Of a stretch of 64,000 bases of DNA, positions 27,801 to 37,228 are shown piece by piece. The stretch covers positions 21,701-85,700 of the forward strand of contig SHZC01000001.1 in NCBI GenBank assembly GCA_009692505.1. The letters are read 5' to 3'. The DNA is from Myxococcales bacterium (GTDB taxonomy: Bacteria; Myxococcota_A; Bradymonadia; UBA7976; UBA1532). Below the pieces are notes generated by a model. It saw only the letters and a list, made by a program, of their open reading frames with translations. It did not search any database and was not told the origin of the DNA. Position numbers and translations under genes: made by a program. How positions within the stretch are numbered: position 1 is the stretch's first letter; each line of letters starts with the position of its first letter.

Positions 27801-30800
27801 AGCTCCTCCTGCGTCGGCAACTTACGTATGAAAGGCTGCTGGAAGACCGAGACGGGCAGTTGGAAGGGCGCTGGCCGCTTCTCGCTGTCGTAGCGGAACT
27901 CCTTCGGATTGAGGCGCGCGAGCTGCTTGCCGCAGGTGTCGGACCACTCGCTGAACCAGCGAAGCTCCTGCGCCTTCTTGACGCACGTCACATACGCCTC
28001 GACGGCCTTACCCTCAGGGGCCGAGGCTTTCTCCGCCATCGCCCCCTTGAAGGCCTCCACCTGGTCTTCGGTGAACGAGCCCGGGCCGGCGAGGTCATAG
28101 ATGTCGTTCGCGAGCTCCTGGTACATCTGGCCGATACGACACAGGGCCGCGATCGCCCAAAGTGCCGATTTGAACTCAATGACCTCAAGGTAGATCGTGC
28201 GCGCGTCCGTCACGAGCTCCGTGCGCTTGCCGATCACCTTGGCCATCTCCTCGATGTACTTCTTGACGTTCTGGTACGGCTGGATCTTGAGTTTGAGCGC
28301 GGTGAACTTCCGATACGCGGCCTCCCCCATTTCGAAGCGGGCCTCGGCGACCGAGTTGAGCCCCGTCGTGACCGCCGCCTTTTCGGCTACCGTCAGCTTT
28401 GTATAGGCCGTGTAACCCGCGCCGAAGGTCTTCAGCGCGTTGCCGCCGTCCTTCTTCTTTTGGTAGTCGTTTCCAATCTGCACGTAGGACTGGAGCAGCA
28501 GGTCAGGCTTCCCGCTCTTGGCGAACTTTCGCTGGTAGTCATTGAAGTGGCGAATCGCGTCGTCCCACTTCTCCTGCTTCTCGAAGATGAGGCCAATTGA
28601 GAAGAAGACCTCGGCGGTCTCCTCGGGCTTGGAGCCGATGAGCCTCATGTAGGCCAAGGAGTCAGTCATCGCTTGGTCATACTCTCCGAGGCCTTGGCGG
28701 AAGACCGCGGCGTTCCGGAGGGCGTCTCGGGCGTTCTCGGCCTTCGGGAACTTCTCGGCGTAGGCCTCGTAGATCTTGGCTGCCTGGCTGTAGATGGCCA
28801 AGGCGTGAAGGTTGCCGGCGATCTGGTACAGCGACTTGGGGACCAGCTCGCTCTGCGGAACCTCGTTGACGATCTTGAGCTTCATCTCGATCGACTGCTC
28901 GAGCATCTTCTCGCGCTCGTAGTTCAAGGCGGCGTTGAAGAAGGCCTTGTCGAGGAAGTCAGACTTTGGGTAGTTCGCGGCGTATTGCTTGAAGCACTGC
29001 GCGGCCTTGACCCACTCCTTGCCCCGCTCCACGCCCTGGCACTTCTTGAACGAGGACTGCTGCTTCAGCGTCGCGAGCAGCTCATAGAACTCGGGGTCCC
29101 GCTGAGGCGTGTAGATCTTCAGGAAGATGTCCACCTGCTTCTCAAGGGCGTCCATGTTGCCGGTGAGGTTGTAGGTGTCGAGGAGAAGGTTGGCGGCGAA
29201 GATCGCCAAACGGTGCTCGGCGTGCTTCTCCGAGATGTTCTTGAACCTCGGCAGCGCCTCATCGAACTGATTGAAGTCGTAGTAGACGCGCGCGGCGTCG
29301 TACTCGATGTCCACGAGGAAATCGCTCTGCTTCACGTACTTCGAGTAGAGGTCACAGGCCTTGATGAACTTCACGTGGGTCTCGGGGAGCGCCTTGCTAC
29401 CGGGTACACCTTCGGTCGACTTGCTCGACTCGGTGCTCGTCAGATCTGCGACGTTCGCGCCCTTGTTCTGCTTGATGTCGATGAGCTTCTTGTACGCGAG
29501 CACCTGGCCCTGAGCGGCGTCCTGAGTGCTCTCACCTGTGGGGTTCAGCGACAACGTCCGCTCATAGGCCAACGCCGCCTCCCGCCACTTCTGGCCGGCG
29601 TAGAGCAGCTCGGCGTAGTAGAACTGAACGGTGTACACGTTCGGACCCTGGGGGAACGTGTCGAGGTAGTCCTTGTAGAGCTCGTAGGCGATCGCGTAGT
29701 CGTCCGCGTTCTTGGTCTTGGTCCACTGCACGTGCATCGTCACGGACAGGCTGCGCAGCAGCTCCTCGAAGCCCTCGCGATCCGCCGCGACCCGCTTGGG
29801 ATCGGCGTCTTTCGCGTCCTTGACCGTCCGCCAGAGATCGACAAGACGCTTGACCTCCTTGACGATCTCCGTCGGGTCGCGGCTCATGTTCCTCGTGTTG
29901 AACGCGATCTGGCGCTGGTAGCCGACGACCTTATAGCTCTTGGGCGACTGCGCGATGAGGTCGCGGAAGAGGCGGTTGGACTTGTCGAACTGGCCGGTCA
30001 GCGAATACAGCTCGGCGAGGTTCTCGGTCAGTTGAAGAAAGTCGTCCGGGGCAGCCTTGCGGAAGAAGCCCAAGGCCTGGTTGGGGCTGGCTTCCTCGAT
30101 GTTGGCGTAGGCGCGAACCATGTCGCGCAGGGACTCCTTCTTGAGCTGCAGACGATTGGAGCCCGGACGCCCGGCCTGCTCATTTGTGTAGCGAACGACC
30201 AGGAGGAACTGAGCGAGCGCCTCCTTGTAGTTGCCGATGTTGTAGAAACACCAGCCGAGCTTGTAGGTCGCAAAGGGGTAGGTCTCGGCGTCTTTGTAGT
30301 TCGTCGTGACCTTCTGATAGGCCTTCAGTGCCTGCTCAACTTCGCCCGCGTCGAAGTAGATTTCGCCAATGTTCGTCAGCGTGTCCGGCACGTGCTGGGA
30401 CTTGGGATACCGCTTGATGAGCTCGATGTAGATCTTCTTCGCCTTATCGGGCTCCTGCTTCTGCTGATAGTTGTAGGCCAGCGCGAAGAGGACGCGGTCG
30501 AGGAAGCGGTATTCGGGGAAGTTCTTGACGATCTCGACGTAGACCTTGATCGCGTCGTCCCGATACTTCTGGGCCGAGGTCGTCTGCCGCTCACGATCCG
30601 CGGTGCAAGTCTTCTCGCGGGCCTGGTTCTTGGCCGCCGCGGTGATGCACACGCCCTCCGTGTCGAAGGCTCGAATCGTCAGGTCGCTTGACCGCTGCCA
30701 AAAGAGCTCCGACAGCCGATCGTAGAGTTCGGGCTTGGCGGGGTCGCGATTGCTCGTCGCCGAGATGAGCTTATTGAGCGTCTTGACCAGGTCCTTGAAC

Positions 30801-31033
30801 TTGGCGTCGGACATCTCGGCTTTGGACTTGGCCCCGAACTGACGGTCACGCTCAAACCCGGGGCCCTTCTTGGTGGCATCGGCGTTTCGCTTTTCGGGGG
30901 CCTGAAGCTCTGCGGCCGGCGCCGCCTTGATGTCGACTTGGCGCTTCTGTTCCTGGGCGACGGCGGCGCTGAATGACAGCGCGGCGCTCAGGAAACCAAG
31001 GAGGAGCCGCGAGGCGTAGGGCCTTCGCATCAT
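27797..31033 (-). CDS. gltD: GltD/AgmU-like periplasmic TPR protein
   Basis: Signal peptide, ~1,078 aa of TPRs, C-terminal 'WAIAALCRIGQMY...KAVEAY..CV.KA.EL.WFSEWS'; ATGA overlap with gltC. Confidence 0.82.
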   Translation of the reverse strand: MMRRPYASRLLLGFLSAALSFSAAVAQEQKRQVDIKAAPAAELQAPEKRNADATKKGPGFERDRQFGAKSKAEMSDAKFKDLVKTLNKLISATSNRDPAKPELYDRLSELFWQRSSDLTIRAFDTEGVCITAAAKNQAREKTCTADRERQTTSAQKYRDDAIKVYVEIVKNFPEYRFLDRVLFALAYNYQQKQEPDKAKKIYIELIKRYPKSQHVPDTLTNIGEIYFDAGEVEQALKAYQKVTTNYKDAETYPFATYKLGWCFYNIGNYKEALAQFLLVVRYTNEQAGRPGSNRLQLKKESLRDMVRAYANIEEASPNQALGFFRKAAPDDFLQLTENLAELYSLTGQFDKSNRLFRDLIAQSPKSYKVVGYQRQIAFNTRNMSRDPTEIVKEVKRLVDLWRTVKDAKDADPKRVAADREGFEELLRSLSVTMHVQWTKTKNADDYAIAYELYKDYLDTFPQGPNVYTVQFYYAELLYAGQKWREAALAYERTLSLNPTGESTQDAAQGQVLAYKKLIDIKQNKGANVADLTSTESSKSTEGVPGSKALPETHVKFIKACDLYSKYVKQSDFLVDIEYDAARVYYDFNQFDEALPRFKNISEKHAEHRLAIFAANLLLDTYNLTGNMDALEKQVDIFLKIYTPQRDPEFYELLATLKQQSSFKKCQGVERGKEWVKAAQCFKQYAANYPKSDFLDKAFFNAALNYEREKMLEQSIEMKLKIVNEVPQSELVPKSLYQIAGNLHALAIYSQAAKIYEAYAEKFPKAENARDALRNAAVFRQGLGEYDQAMTDSLAYMRLIGSKPEETAEVFFSIGLIFEKQEKWDDAIRHFNDYQRKFAKSGKPDLLLQSYVQIGNDYQKKKDGGNALKTFGAGYTAYTKLTVAEKAAVTTGLNSVAEARFEMGEAAYRKFTALKLKIQPYQNVKKYIEEMAKVIGKRTELVTDARTIYLEVIEFKSALWAIAALCRIGQMYQELANDIYDLAGPGSFTEDQVEAFKGAMAEKASAPEGKAVEAYVTCVKKAQELRWFSEWSDTCGKQLARLNPKEFRYDSEKRPAPFQLPVSVFQQPFIRKLPTQEEL

Positions 31034-32607
31034 CGGGTGCACTCCGAACGAATTGTGTAGAGGTAGTAGCCGAGCTCATCGCGCCAGTACTCGCCCGAAA
31101 ACGGCCAATAGATGTGCTCGTCGTCGGTCGCGTAGATGGGCCCGGACGGTCCCGATTTGTTCTCGAAGCCCGCGCCCTGCAGGCGATTCTCGAGGATGCC
31201 CTTCTCCGCTGAGGTCACCTCAAACTCGATCTTGAGCGACTGGCTTATGAGCTCTGAGAGTTCGTTGACCACGCGCGTGAGCCGAGCCTTGGCCAGGCCG
31301 CCGGCCTCGTGGACCGCCAACGACTTGATGACCTCGATCTCCTGGATGATGAGCTTGGCCAGCTCACTCTGCGCCCACGCCGCCTTGGCGCGCCGCATCA
31401 TGTCGACCTCACGGTCCAGCTCTCGAATGTACGAGACGATCCGCTTGAGCTGCTGGTCCTGGTACGCGGCCTTGAGGATCTGGTCGCCGCGACCCGTGGC
31501 CGAGCTCTTACTGCCCTTGAGCTTCGTGAGAAACTCGTAGAGTTCTGACGGATCGGAGTGGGTGTCGAGGTGCCCCTTGATCTCGTCACGCAGGGGCTCA
31601 TAGGCCAGACGGAAATCGTTGATGGTATTGCGCGTCTTCTCGTAGTTGCAGTTCGAATAGAAGATCACGGAAGCCAGCACCGGTGCCTCTGGGAAGTACT
31701 CGTCGTTGAAGAACGGCGAGTTGAGCGTGTGCAAATTCCCGAGGGCCTTCTCGTGGTTGTTCAGTCGGAAGAACGCCCAGCTCGCCTCGAAGAGACCATC
31801 GAGCCACAACGAGCTCTCCAGCGGGATTTGGTCATAGTACTTGACCGACTGGCGGAACTGCCCGGTGCTGTAGAAGACCCTCGCCATGCTCAGGGTGGCG
31901 AGCTGATTGAAGTACTTGAGGTCTTCGCTGGGGTTGTCGGTGGCGGCCGTCACCCGGAGGAGGTCCTTGAAGGCTTCAACCGCGGGACCGGGCTGCTCCT
32001 GCCGGACATACGTGATCCCCTGAAGGAACTTGGCCTTGGGGTAGTACTTGCTCTCCGGTCCGACGAGCGCGAGCGCCTCCTGCGTTTGGGCGAGCGCACC
32101 CTTCTTGTACTGGAACTGACCGAGCAGGAACGACAGCTCGCTGCGGAACTGCGCGGGGCAGTCGTCGGGCTTGTACTTGGCGATCTTCTCCAGAAGGCCG
32201 GGGTCGCCGGAGAGCTTGCGCGAGAGGTAGTAAAGCCACTTGCAGGTGGCCTTGAAGTACCGGTGCTCTGGGCCCGCCTGCACGACGCGGTCGAAGAAGT
32301 TGAGCGAGGCCTGATACAGCCCGAGCCGATAGAGCGCCTTGCCGATCGTGTACTCGGCCTTCTGCTCGATCGGCGTCACCGCCACTTCGTTCCGAGAAAT
32401 GATGCGGTGCAAGATCATGCTCGCGCGCATCCAATTTCGCTGCTTCATCGCAGCCATCGCCTCTTCGAGCTCGCCGGCGGCTTCTTTGTCCGCCTCGACG
32501 CTGACCGGAGCGAATTCCATATCCTCTGCTGCCCGAGCGTCCCTGGCGACCGTAAGGAAGCCAAGACTGAAGAACACGAGAGCGAGTGCCTTGAACCGAG
32601 TGAGCAT
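31030..32607 (-). CDS. gltC: GltC-like periplasmic TPR protein
   Basis: GGAGGT RBS and signal peptide; 'LFEASWAFF...KALGNLHTLNSPFF...PEA' and C-terminal 'WPFSGEYWRDELGYY' signature. Confidence 0.88.
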   Translation of the reverse strand: MLTRFKALALVFFSLGFLTVARDARAAEDMEFAPVSVEADKEAAGELEEAMAAMKQRNWMRASMILHRIISRNEVAVTPIEQKAEYTIGKALYRLGLYQASLNFFDRVVQAGPEHRYFKATCKWLYYLSRKLSGDPGLLEKIAKYKPDDCPAQFRSELSFLLGQFQYKKGALAQTQEALALVGPESKYYPKAKFLQGITYVRQEQPGPAVEAFKDLLRVTAATDNPSEDLKYFNQLATLSMARVFYSTGQFRQSVKYYDQIPLESSLWLDGLFEASWAFFRLNNHEKALGNLHTLNSPFFNDEYFPEAPVLASVIFYSNCNYEKTRNTINDFRLAYEPLRDEIKGHLDTHSDPSELYEFLTKLKGSKSSATGRGDQILKAAYQDQQLKRIVSYIRELDREVDMMRRAKAAWAQSELAKLIIQEIEVIKSLAVHEAGGLAKARLTRVVNELSELISQSLKIEFEVTSAEKGILENRLQGAGFENKSGPSGPIYATDDEHIYWPFSGEYWRDELGYYLYTIRSECTR

Positions 32608-32706
32608 TCCCACCTCCGAGCGTCGTCGGGTTTTCGTCACCGGGAAACGCGCAAACCCGCGCCACTGGCTGACGAACGCACAATTTCAAGAGTCGAACAA
32701 CGGCTC

Positions 32707-32735
32707 GTTATAAAGAGCGTCACCATCGAAAGCAA
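32707..32735 (-). promoter_or_regulatory. Putative sigma70 promoter of the gltC operon
   Basis: TTGCTT-N17-TATAAC in an AT-richer intergenic region about 100 bp upstream of gltC. Confidence 0.55.
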
Positions 32736-32837
32736 AAGAAATCCCGGCGTTTGCGAGGGCCGTCACGTCGGTTGAACACCGCTGACGCTTGAAATCGATC
32801 TTTGGGGCGGTCGCGGGACATCGGTCCGGAGGCCCAA

Positions 32838-32870
32838 CTGGCGATTGGCTGGCGATTGGCCGGCGAGTGG
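32838..32870 (+). repeat. Three tandem 11-bp direct repeats abutting a -35 box
   Basis: ctggcgattgg ctggcgattgg ccggcgagtgg. Confidence 0.85.
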
Positions 32871-32871
32871 A

Positions 32872-32899
32872 TTGACTTCGGACCCGCGCCTAATAGGAT
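32872..32899 (+). promoter_or_regulatory. Putative sigma70 promoter of the cglC/gltK-like gene
   Basis: TTGACT-N16-TAGGAT about 50 bp upstream of ATG 32952. Confidence 0.5.
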
Positions 32900-32951
32900 T
32901 CAGGTTCCGTTGCCCTCTTGCTCTGCCGAGATCCTGCCCATTTGAGGTTTC

Positions 32952-33413
32952 ATGCGCGCCCAATTGCTCGCGAAGTTCATCGGAATTGCGGCCGCTCCCC
33001 GCACGCTTTGCATCGCCGGACTGGCCCTTTCGACCGTTGTCGCGGGCTGCGACACGGGCTTCGGACAGCCCTGTGCCTTGCCCAAGAGCGAGAATTTTCG
33101 TCGGGCGTGTAATCCCGCCCCGGAGATCGATGACGGTGTGGACGCTGGCAAGAACGAGCCGACGATGGAGTCGAAGTCGTCGTGCGCCATCAAGGACTAT
33201 GCCGGCTGCGAGACCCGAATTTGCCTCGTCTACCGGGGCTCGAGCTCATTCTGCAGCGAGCCGTGTCAGCGGAACGATGACTGCGAAGGCGAAGCACAAT
33301 GCCGGCCCTTGCTCGGCGATGATGAGCCCGAGGCGGTCTGCGTCCCGGACCCGATGACCGGTGCGCCGCAGGTCGAGTGCTTCTGCGTTCGCAAGGGCGA
33401 CCTCGACAACTGA
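32952..33413 (+). CDS. Cys-rich lipoprotein, CglC/GltK-like
   Basis: GAGG RBS; lipobox VAGC followed by 'GQPC' and 'CETRICL...FCSEPC...DC' Cys pattern; divergent from gltC. Confidence 0.7.
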   Translation: MRAQLLAKFIGIAAAPRTLCIAGLALSTVVAGCDTGFGQPCALPKSENFRRACNPAPEIDDGVDAGKNEPTMESKSSCAIKDYAGCETRICLVYRGSSSFCSEPCQRNDDCEGEAQCRPLLGDDEPEAVCVPDPMTGAPQVECFCVRKGDLDN

Positions 33414-33447
33414 GTCGCACCTTCGCATGAAGGACGCGGCTCGTTTT
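33412..33447 (+). terminator. Hairpin with T-tract between the convergent cglC-like gene and yraN
   Basis: gagtcgc-a-ccttc-gcat-gaagg-ac-gcggctc followed by gtttt. Confidence 0.5.
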
Positions 33448-33452
33448 GAGGT

Positions 33453-33839
33453 TCAGAAGGCGTGGTCGGGCACGAACGCGTCTTCGATGTATTCGATGGT
33501 CTCGGCGTCGGGCACGAGGTGGACCCCGGCCACGTCGAAGCGGATGTGCTCGGGGGCGACGCCACCGCGCACGCGCAGGTAGGCGTCGGCGGCGCGGGAG
33601 AGCCGACCCTGCTTGCCTCGGTTGACGGTTCGAGTGGGGGTGTCTAGAAACGTCGTCGTGACGGTCCGGACCTCGACGATGACGAGGAGCGCGCCCATGG
33701 ACGCGACGATGTCCAACTCGCCGGTGGCGCATCGCCAGTTGCGCGCCTCGATCAAGTAGCCGTCGGCCTCGAGCCTGGCTGCGACGAGCGCCTCGCCTCG
33801 CCGCCCGGCTTCGGCGCGACCCTCAAGGGCCGGCTTCAC
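33453..33839 (-). CDS. yraN: YraN family (UPF0102) protein
   Basis: 'GRRGEALVAARLE..GY.I.ARNWR...GELDIVA...IVEVRT', 'IRFDVAGV', 'YIEDAF'. Confidence 0.92.
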   Translation of the reverse strand: MKPALEGRAEAGRRGEALVAARLEADGYLIEARNWRCATGELDIVASMGALLVIVEVRTVTTTFLDTPTRTVNRGKQGRLSRAADAYLRVRGGVAPEHIRFDVAGVHLVPDAETIEYIEDAFVPDHAF

Positions 33840-35008
33840 GACCTGCCCTCTCCCGTGATCGGTCGATTGGAGAAGACGAACATCGGCACTTGATCCCCGA
33901 GCGCCGCGAAGACCTCACTCCAGGCGATCGCGGTGGCAGCGGGCCCTTCGACGGACCAAAACAAGGGCACCGCCGTCTCCCCTTTCGCACGGCTCGCTGC
34001 GAGCACGAGGGCCGCAGAGACGACGCCGGCCCCCGTGATGCCGAGGGCCGCGCTCATGCGCATGACGGCGGCCTCGGCCGGGAGCACACCAGCATAGGCT
34101 TGGACCTGTTCGCGGACCTTCGAATCGGCGAGCCCGGGCTGCGCCTGAGCCGACAGTGCCGACTCCAAGTGGGCCGCGTCGAAGTCGCCCATCACCGTCC
34201 GGAGGCGCTTGAGGTAGCCGTCGAGCTCTTCCAGACGCCGGTGACGCGCCCGCGTGGTCCCGGTCGCAAGGTCCAACTCCCGGCCGCCGCTCGCGAGCTC
34301 ACCGGCGCCGTCGATCCACCGGACGACAAGAAACGCGGCCGCTCCGAAGCTCAGCGGAGCTGTCAGCGCGAGCCATCGGGCGAGGCCGTTCGAGGCACTC
34401 GCGACAAGGAGCGCGAGGAGACCGAGCGACGTGAGAAGGGCCGTCGGCCAGTGGTGAAGAGGGGTCGGCGGTGAAGCCTTGGCGCGCTGCCTGCTGCGGG
34501 CGAGCTCAACGGCGGCCCCGGCGTCGGCGAGCTCGCGTCGGAGCACCGACGGGTCCCTCGCGTGTGAGACGAGCGCTCGATGCACGCCCACGGGGAGGAG
34601 CGGCACGGGCGCCTTGGGTAGCCCGACGGTGGCGAGGGACAAGACCTCGTAGATGAGCGGGTCCGGCAGGTGCATTAGGGCCGCGAGCCTCTCGTTGACC
34701 TCAGGAGCCGAGTCCGAGATGAGGTGCACCCCGTCGTCGTCGAGCCGCTCCAGCGAACGGTGGCCCCCTGGGAGGTCCAGCCGACATCGGTGCCGAGCCG
34801 CGTTGACCTCGAAGGTCAAGACGACCCGCTGGACGCCGCCCAAGGTGTGGCTTGGGAAGTGCCCGCCCCCATAGAGAACGGCGGCGGCGGCGTCCCTGAG
34901 GGCGGTCGCCGTCATGCCGTCCGGCGCGTGGACGAGTTGGTGCGCTTCGGCGGTCCCGAGGGACAGCTCACCGTCGCCCCAATGGAAGCTCAGCTCGACG
35001 ATGCGCAT
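33836..35008 (-). CDS. Hypothetical membrane protein with degenerate SbcC/SMC-like head and central TM hairpin
   Basis: N-terminus 'MRIVELSFHWG...LRDAAAAVLYG' mimics an SMC/AAA_23 head without GKS/T; two TM helices flanked by coiled segments; GTGA overlap with yraN. Confidence 0.55.
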   Translation of the reverse strand: MRIVELSFHWGDGELSLGTAEAHQLVHAPDGMTATALRDAAAAVLYGGGHFPSHTLGGVQRVVLTFEVNAARHRCRLDLPGGHRSLERLDDDGVHLISDSAPEVNERLAALMHLPDPLIYEVLSLATVGLPKAPVPLLPVGVHRALVSHARDPSVLRRELADAGAAVELARSRQRAKASPPTPLHHWPTALLTSLGLLALLVASASNGLARWLALTAPLSFGAAAFLVVRWIDGAGELASGGRELDLATGTTRARHRRLEELDGYLKRLRTVMGDFDAAHLESALSAQAQPGLADSKVREQVQAYAGVLPAEAAVMRMSAALGITGAGVVSAALVLAASRAKGETAVPLFWSVEGPAATAIAWSEVFAALGDQVPMFVFSNRPITGEGRS

Positions 35009-35048
35009 GGGCGCACACTCAACCGCGCGCAGTCGCGCAGCACAAGGC

Positions 35049-35390
35049 TCAAGCGCGAGGCTTGATCCGAGCGGCCCGACCGGCCAAGCCACGCAGGTAG
35101 TAGATACGTGCCTGGCGAACGCGGCCCGCCTGGACGATCTCGATGCGATCGATGGTCGGGCTGTTCAGCGTGAAGATGCGCTCGACGCCGATGCCGAAGC
35201 TGATCTTCCGGACGGTGAAGGTCTCGCGCACGCCGTCGCCACGACGACGAATGCAGACGCCCTCGAAGGCCTGGACGCGCTCCTTCTCGCCTTCTTTGAT
35301 CTTGACGTGGACTCGGATCGTGTCGCCGCTGCGAAACTTCGGGATGTCCGAGCGCAAGAGGCGACTCTCGATAAAGCTTAACGCGTGCAT
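35049..35390 (-). CDS. rplS: 50S ribosomal protein L19
   Basis: '[31 protein letters not shown]...[17 protein letters not shown]'; TAATG overlap with trmD. Confidence 0.98.
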   Translation of the reverse strand: MHALSFIESRLLRSDIPKFRSGDTIRVHVKIKEGEKERVQAFEGVCIRRRGDGVRETFTVRKISFGIGVERIFTLNSPTIDRIEIVQAGRVRQARIYYLRGLAGRAARIKPRA

Positions 35391-36115
35391 TATTTTCTCT
35401 CCTCGTAACTCGTCGTCCGACCGCCGAGTGAAGGCGCGGTCCGGACCGACGTATCGTGCAAAAGATCGGGTCGGCGTTTCTGCGTCCGCTCCAGGGAGCG
35501 GGCAGCACGCCAAGAGGCGATCGCGGCATGGTTTCCGCCAAGCAAAACGGGGGGCACCTCGGTGTCCCGCCAACGCGCCGGACGCGTATATTGGGGATAC
35601 TCCAAGAGGCCATCAGTGAAAGACTCATGCTCGCTCGACTCGGCGTTGCCCAGTGCGTGGGGCAACAACCTGACGATGGCGTCGATCACGCAGAGCGCGG
35701 CGAGCTCACCCCCGGTCACGACGAAGTCTCCGATGGAGATCTCCTCGTCAATGTGGGAGGCGATGACGCGCTCGTCGATCCCTTCGTACCGGCCGCAGAC
35801 GAGCAAGATCGATCCGTAGGACAGGAGCCGTCCCGCGTCCGCTTGTCGAAACGGCTTGCCCGATGGCGACAGCAAGATCCGTCGGAACGCGGACGCAGAC
35901 TCGATGGCCAGCGCGAGCGGCTCGGCCTTCATGACCATGCCCGCCCCGCCCCCGTAGGGTACGTCATCGACCGTCCGATGTCGGTCCGACGTGAAGTCAC
36001 GGGGATCGATCAAGGACAGCTCGAAGCAGTGGCTCCGGCGCGCTCGCCCAACGACGCTCTCGCTGAGGTAGCCGTCAATCAGGCCCGGGAACAACGTGAC
36101 GACGACGAATCGCAT
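35390..36115 (-). CDS. trmD: tRNA (guanine37-N1)-methyltransferase
   Basis: 'TLFP', '[14 protein letters not shown]', '[11 protein letters not shown]', '[11 protein letters not shown]', '[10 protein letters not shown]'. Confidence 0.98.
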   Translation of the reverse strand: MRFVVVTLFPGLIDGYLSESVVGRARRSHCFELSLIDPRDFTSDRHRTVDDVPYGGGAGMVMKAEPLALAIESASAFRRILLSPSGKPFRQADAGRLLSYGSILLVCGRYEGIDERVIASHIDEEISIGDFVVTGGELAALCVIDAIVRLLPHALGNAESSEHESFTDGLLEYPQYTRPARWRDTEVPPVLLGGNHAAIASWRAARSLERTQKRRPDLLHDTSVRTAPSLGGRTTSYEERK

Positions 36116-36118
36116 CGA

Positions 36119-36643
36119 TCAGCCGCCCTCGACGCCCGCTACAGGCATCTCGCGGAGTCGAATGATTCTCCCCTCGACGTTGACCTCGGAGACAAACGCC
36201 TCGACCATCGGAACGAGGAGCTCCTCACGGCCCCGAACGACGAGCACATCGCTCGCCGGTAGGGTCCAGACCTCGGCGACACGCCCAAGCTCGACCCCAT
36301 CCGGGGACATTACGACAGCGCCCACCAAGTCGTAGTGGTAGTACTCGCCATCGGCGACCGGCGCGAAGTTCGCGCGGTCTTCATACCAAACCATGCCGTT
36401 CAAAGAGCCAGCGGCGTCCCGGTCCCCGATGCCCCCAAGTCTGACGACGGGGCCCTGATGGTCGGTGCGCACGCTCTCAAGCTGAAATGTTCTGATGTTG
36501 GGGTCGCCCGGTTCCTCGGACCCGACTTCGATGCGGCGTTCAGCCCGGATAAGCGGGCTGTCGGCGTTGTAGGGGTGAAATCGAATCTCCCCGCGAACGC
36601 CGTGCGGCCGTCCGAAGACGCCGAAGGCGATACGGCGGGTCAC
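36119..36643 (-). CDS. rimM: Ribosome maturation factor RimM
   Basis: 'GRPHGVRGE', 'GEYYHYDLVG', 'ELLVPMV'; operon position. Confidence 0.95.
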   Translation of the reverse strand: MTRRIAFGVFGRPHGVRGEIRFHPYNADSPLIRAERRIEVGSEEPGDPNIRTFQLESVRTDHQGPVVRLGGIGDRDAAGSLNGMVWYEDRANFAPVADGEYYHYDLVGAVVMSPDGVELGRVAEVWTLPASDVLVVRGREELLVPMVEAFVSEVNVEGRIIRLREMPVAGVEGG

Positions 36644-36897
36644 TCCGCCGAGGTCACTTCGATGACCGGCGGGGGGCCGTCAACGGAGGCCGCGACAATG
36701 GTCTCGATTGCCCGAATGGTACGACCCTGCCGTCCGACGATGAGGCCCCGGTCGCTGTCGGCCACAGTGACCGTCAGCGTCCGCTCGGGCCCGCTGCCCT
36801 GGCTCGAGACGCGGACCGAAGCCGGGTTATCGACCAGAGAGGTGACGACGAAGGCGAGCACCTCCTCATCGCGCGTTCCGTTGGCTTGATGGCTCAT
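36640..36897 (-). CDS. khpA: KH-domain RNA-binding protein KhpA
   Basis: 'LVDNP', 'DRGLIVGRQGRTIRAI'; located between rpsP and rimM. Confidence 0.9.
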   Translation of the reverse strand: MSHQANGTRDEEVLAFVVTSLVDNPASVRVSSQGSGPERTLTVTVADSDRGLIVGRQGRTIRAIETIVAASVDGPPPVIEVTSAE

Positions 36898-36901
36898 CTG
36901 C

Positions 36902-37165
36902 TCAGACCTTCGGGGCCGGCACAAGCTCACGGCGAGCACGGCGAACCAGACTGGCCACGGTGTCCGACGGCTGCGCGCCGTTCCCGACCCAGTGGTCAAT
37001 CCGGGCGAGATCAAACTTGATCTCGCTCGGGTTCTTCATCGGATCGTAGGTGCCCACCTGCTCAAGGAAGGCGCCGTCCCGCTTCTTGCGCGAGTCAGCC
37101 ACCACCAAACGGTAGAACGGGTTTTTCTTGGCGCCGAAACGCTGAAGTCGAATGTGGACGGCCAT
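36902..37165 (-). CDS. rpsP: 30S ribosomal protein S16
   Basis: '[29 protein letters not shown]', 'GAQPSDTV'; GAGGT RBS. Confidence 0.98.
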   Translation of the reverse strand: MAVHIRLQRFGAKKNPFYRLVVADSRKKRDGAFLEQVGTYDPMKNPSEIKFDLARIDHWVGNGAQPSDTVASLVRRARRELVPAPKV

Positions 37166-37199
37166 GAGAACGGTTACCTCTGGAGAATCGAGTCGGCGC

Positions 37200-37228
37200 A
37201 CATTAGGGACGTCGATCTTGACTGTCAA
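37200..37228 (-). promoter_or_regulatory. Putative sigma70 promoter of the rpsP operon
   Basis: TTGACA-N17-TAATGT. Confidence 0.6.
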
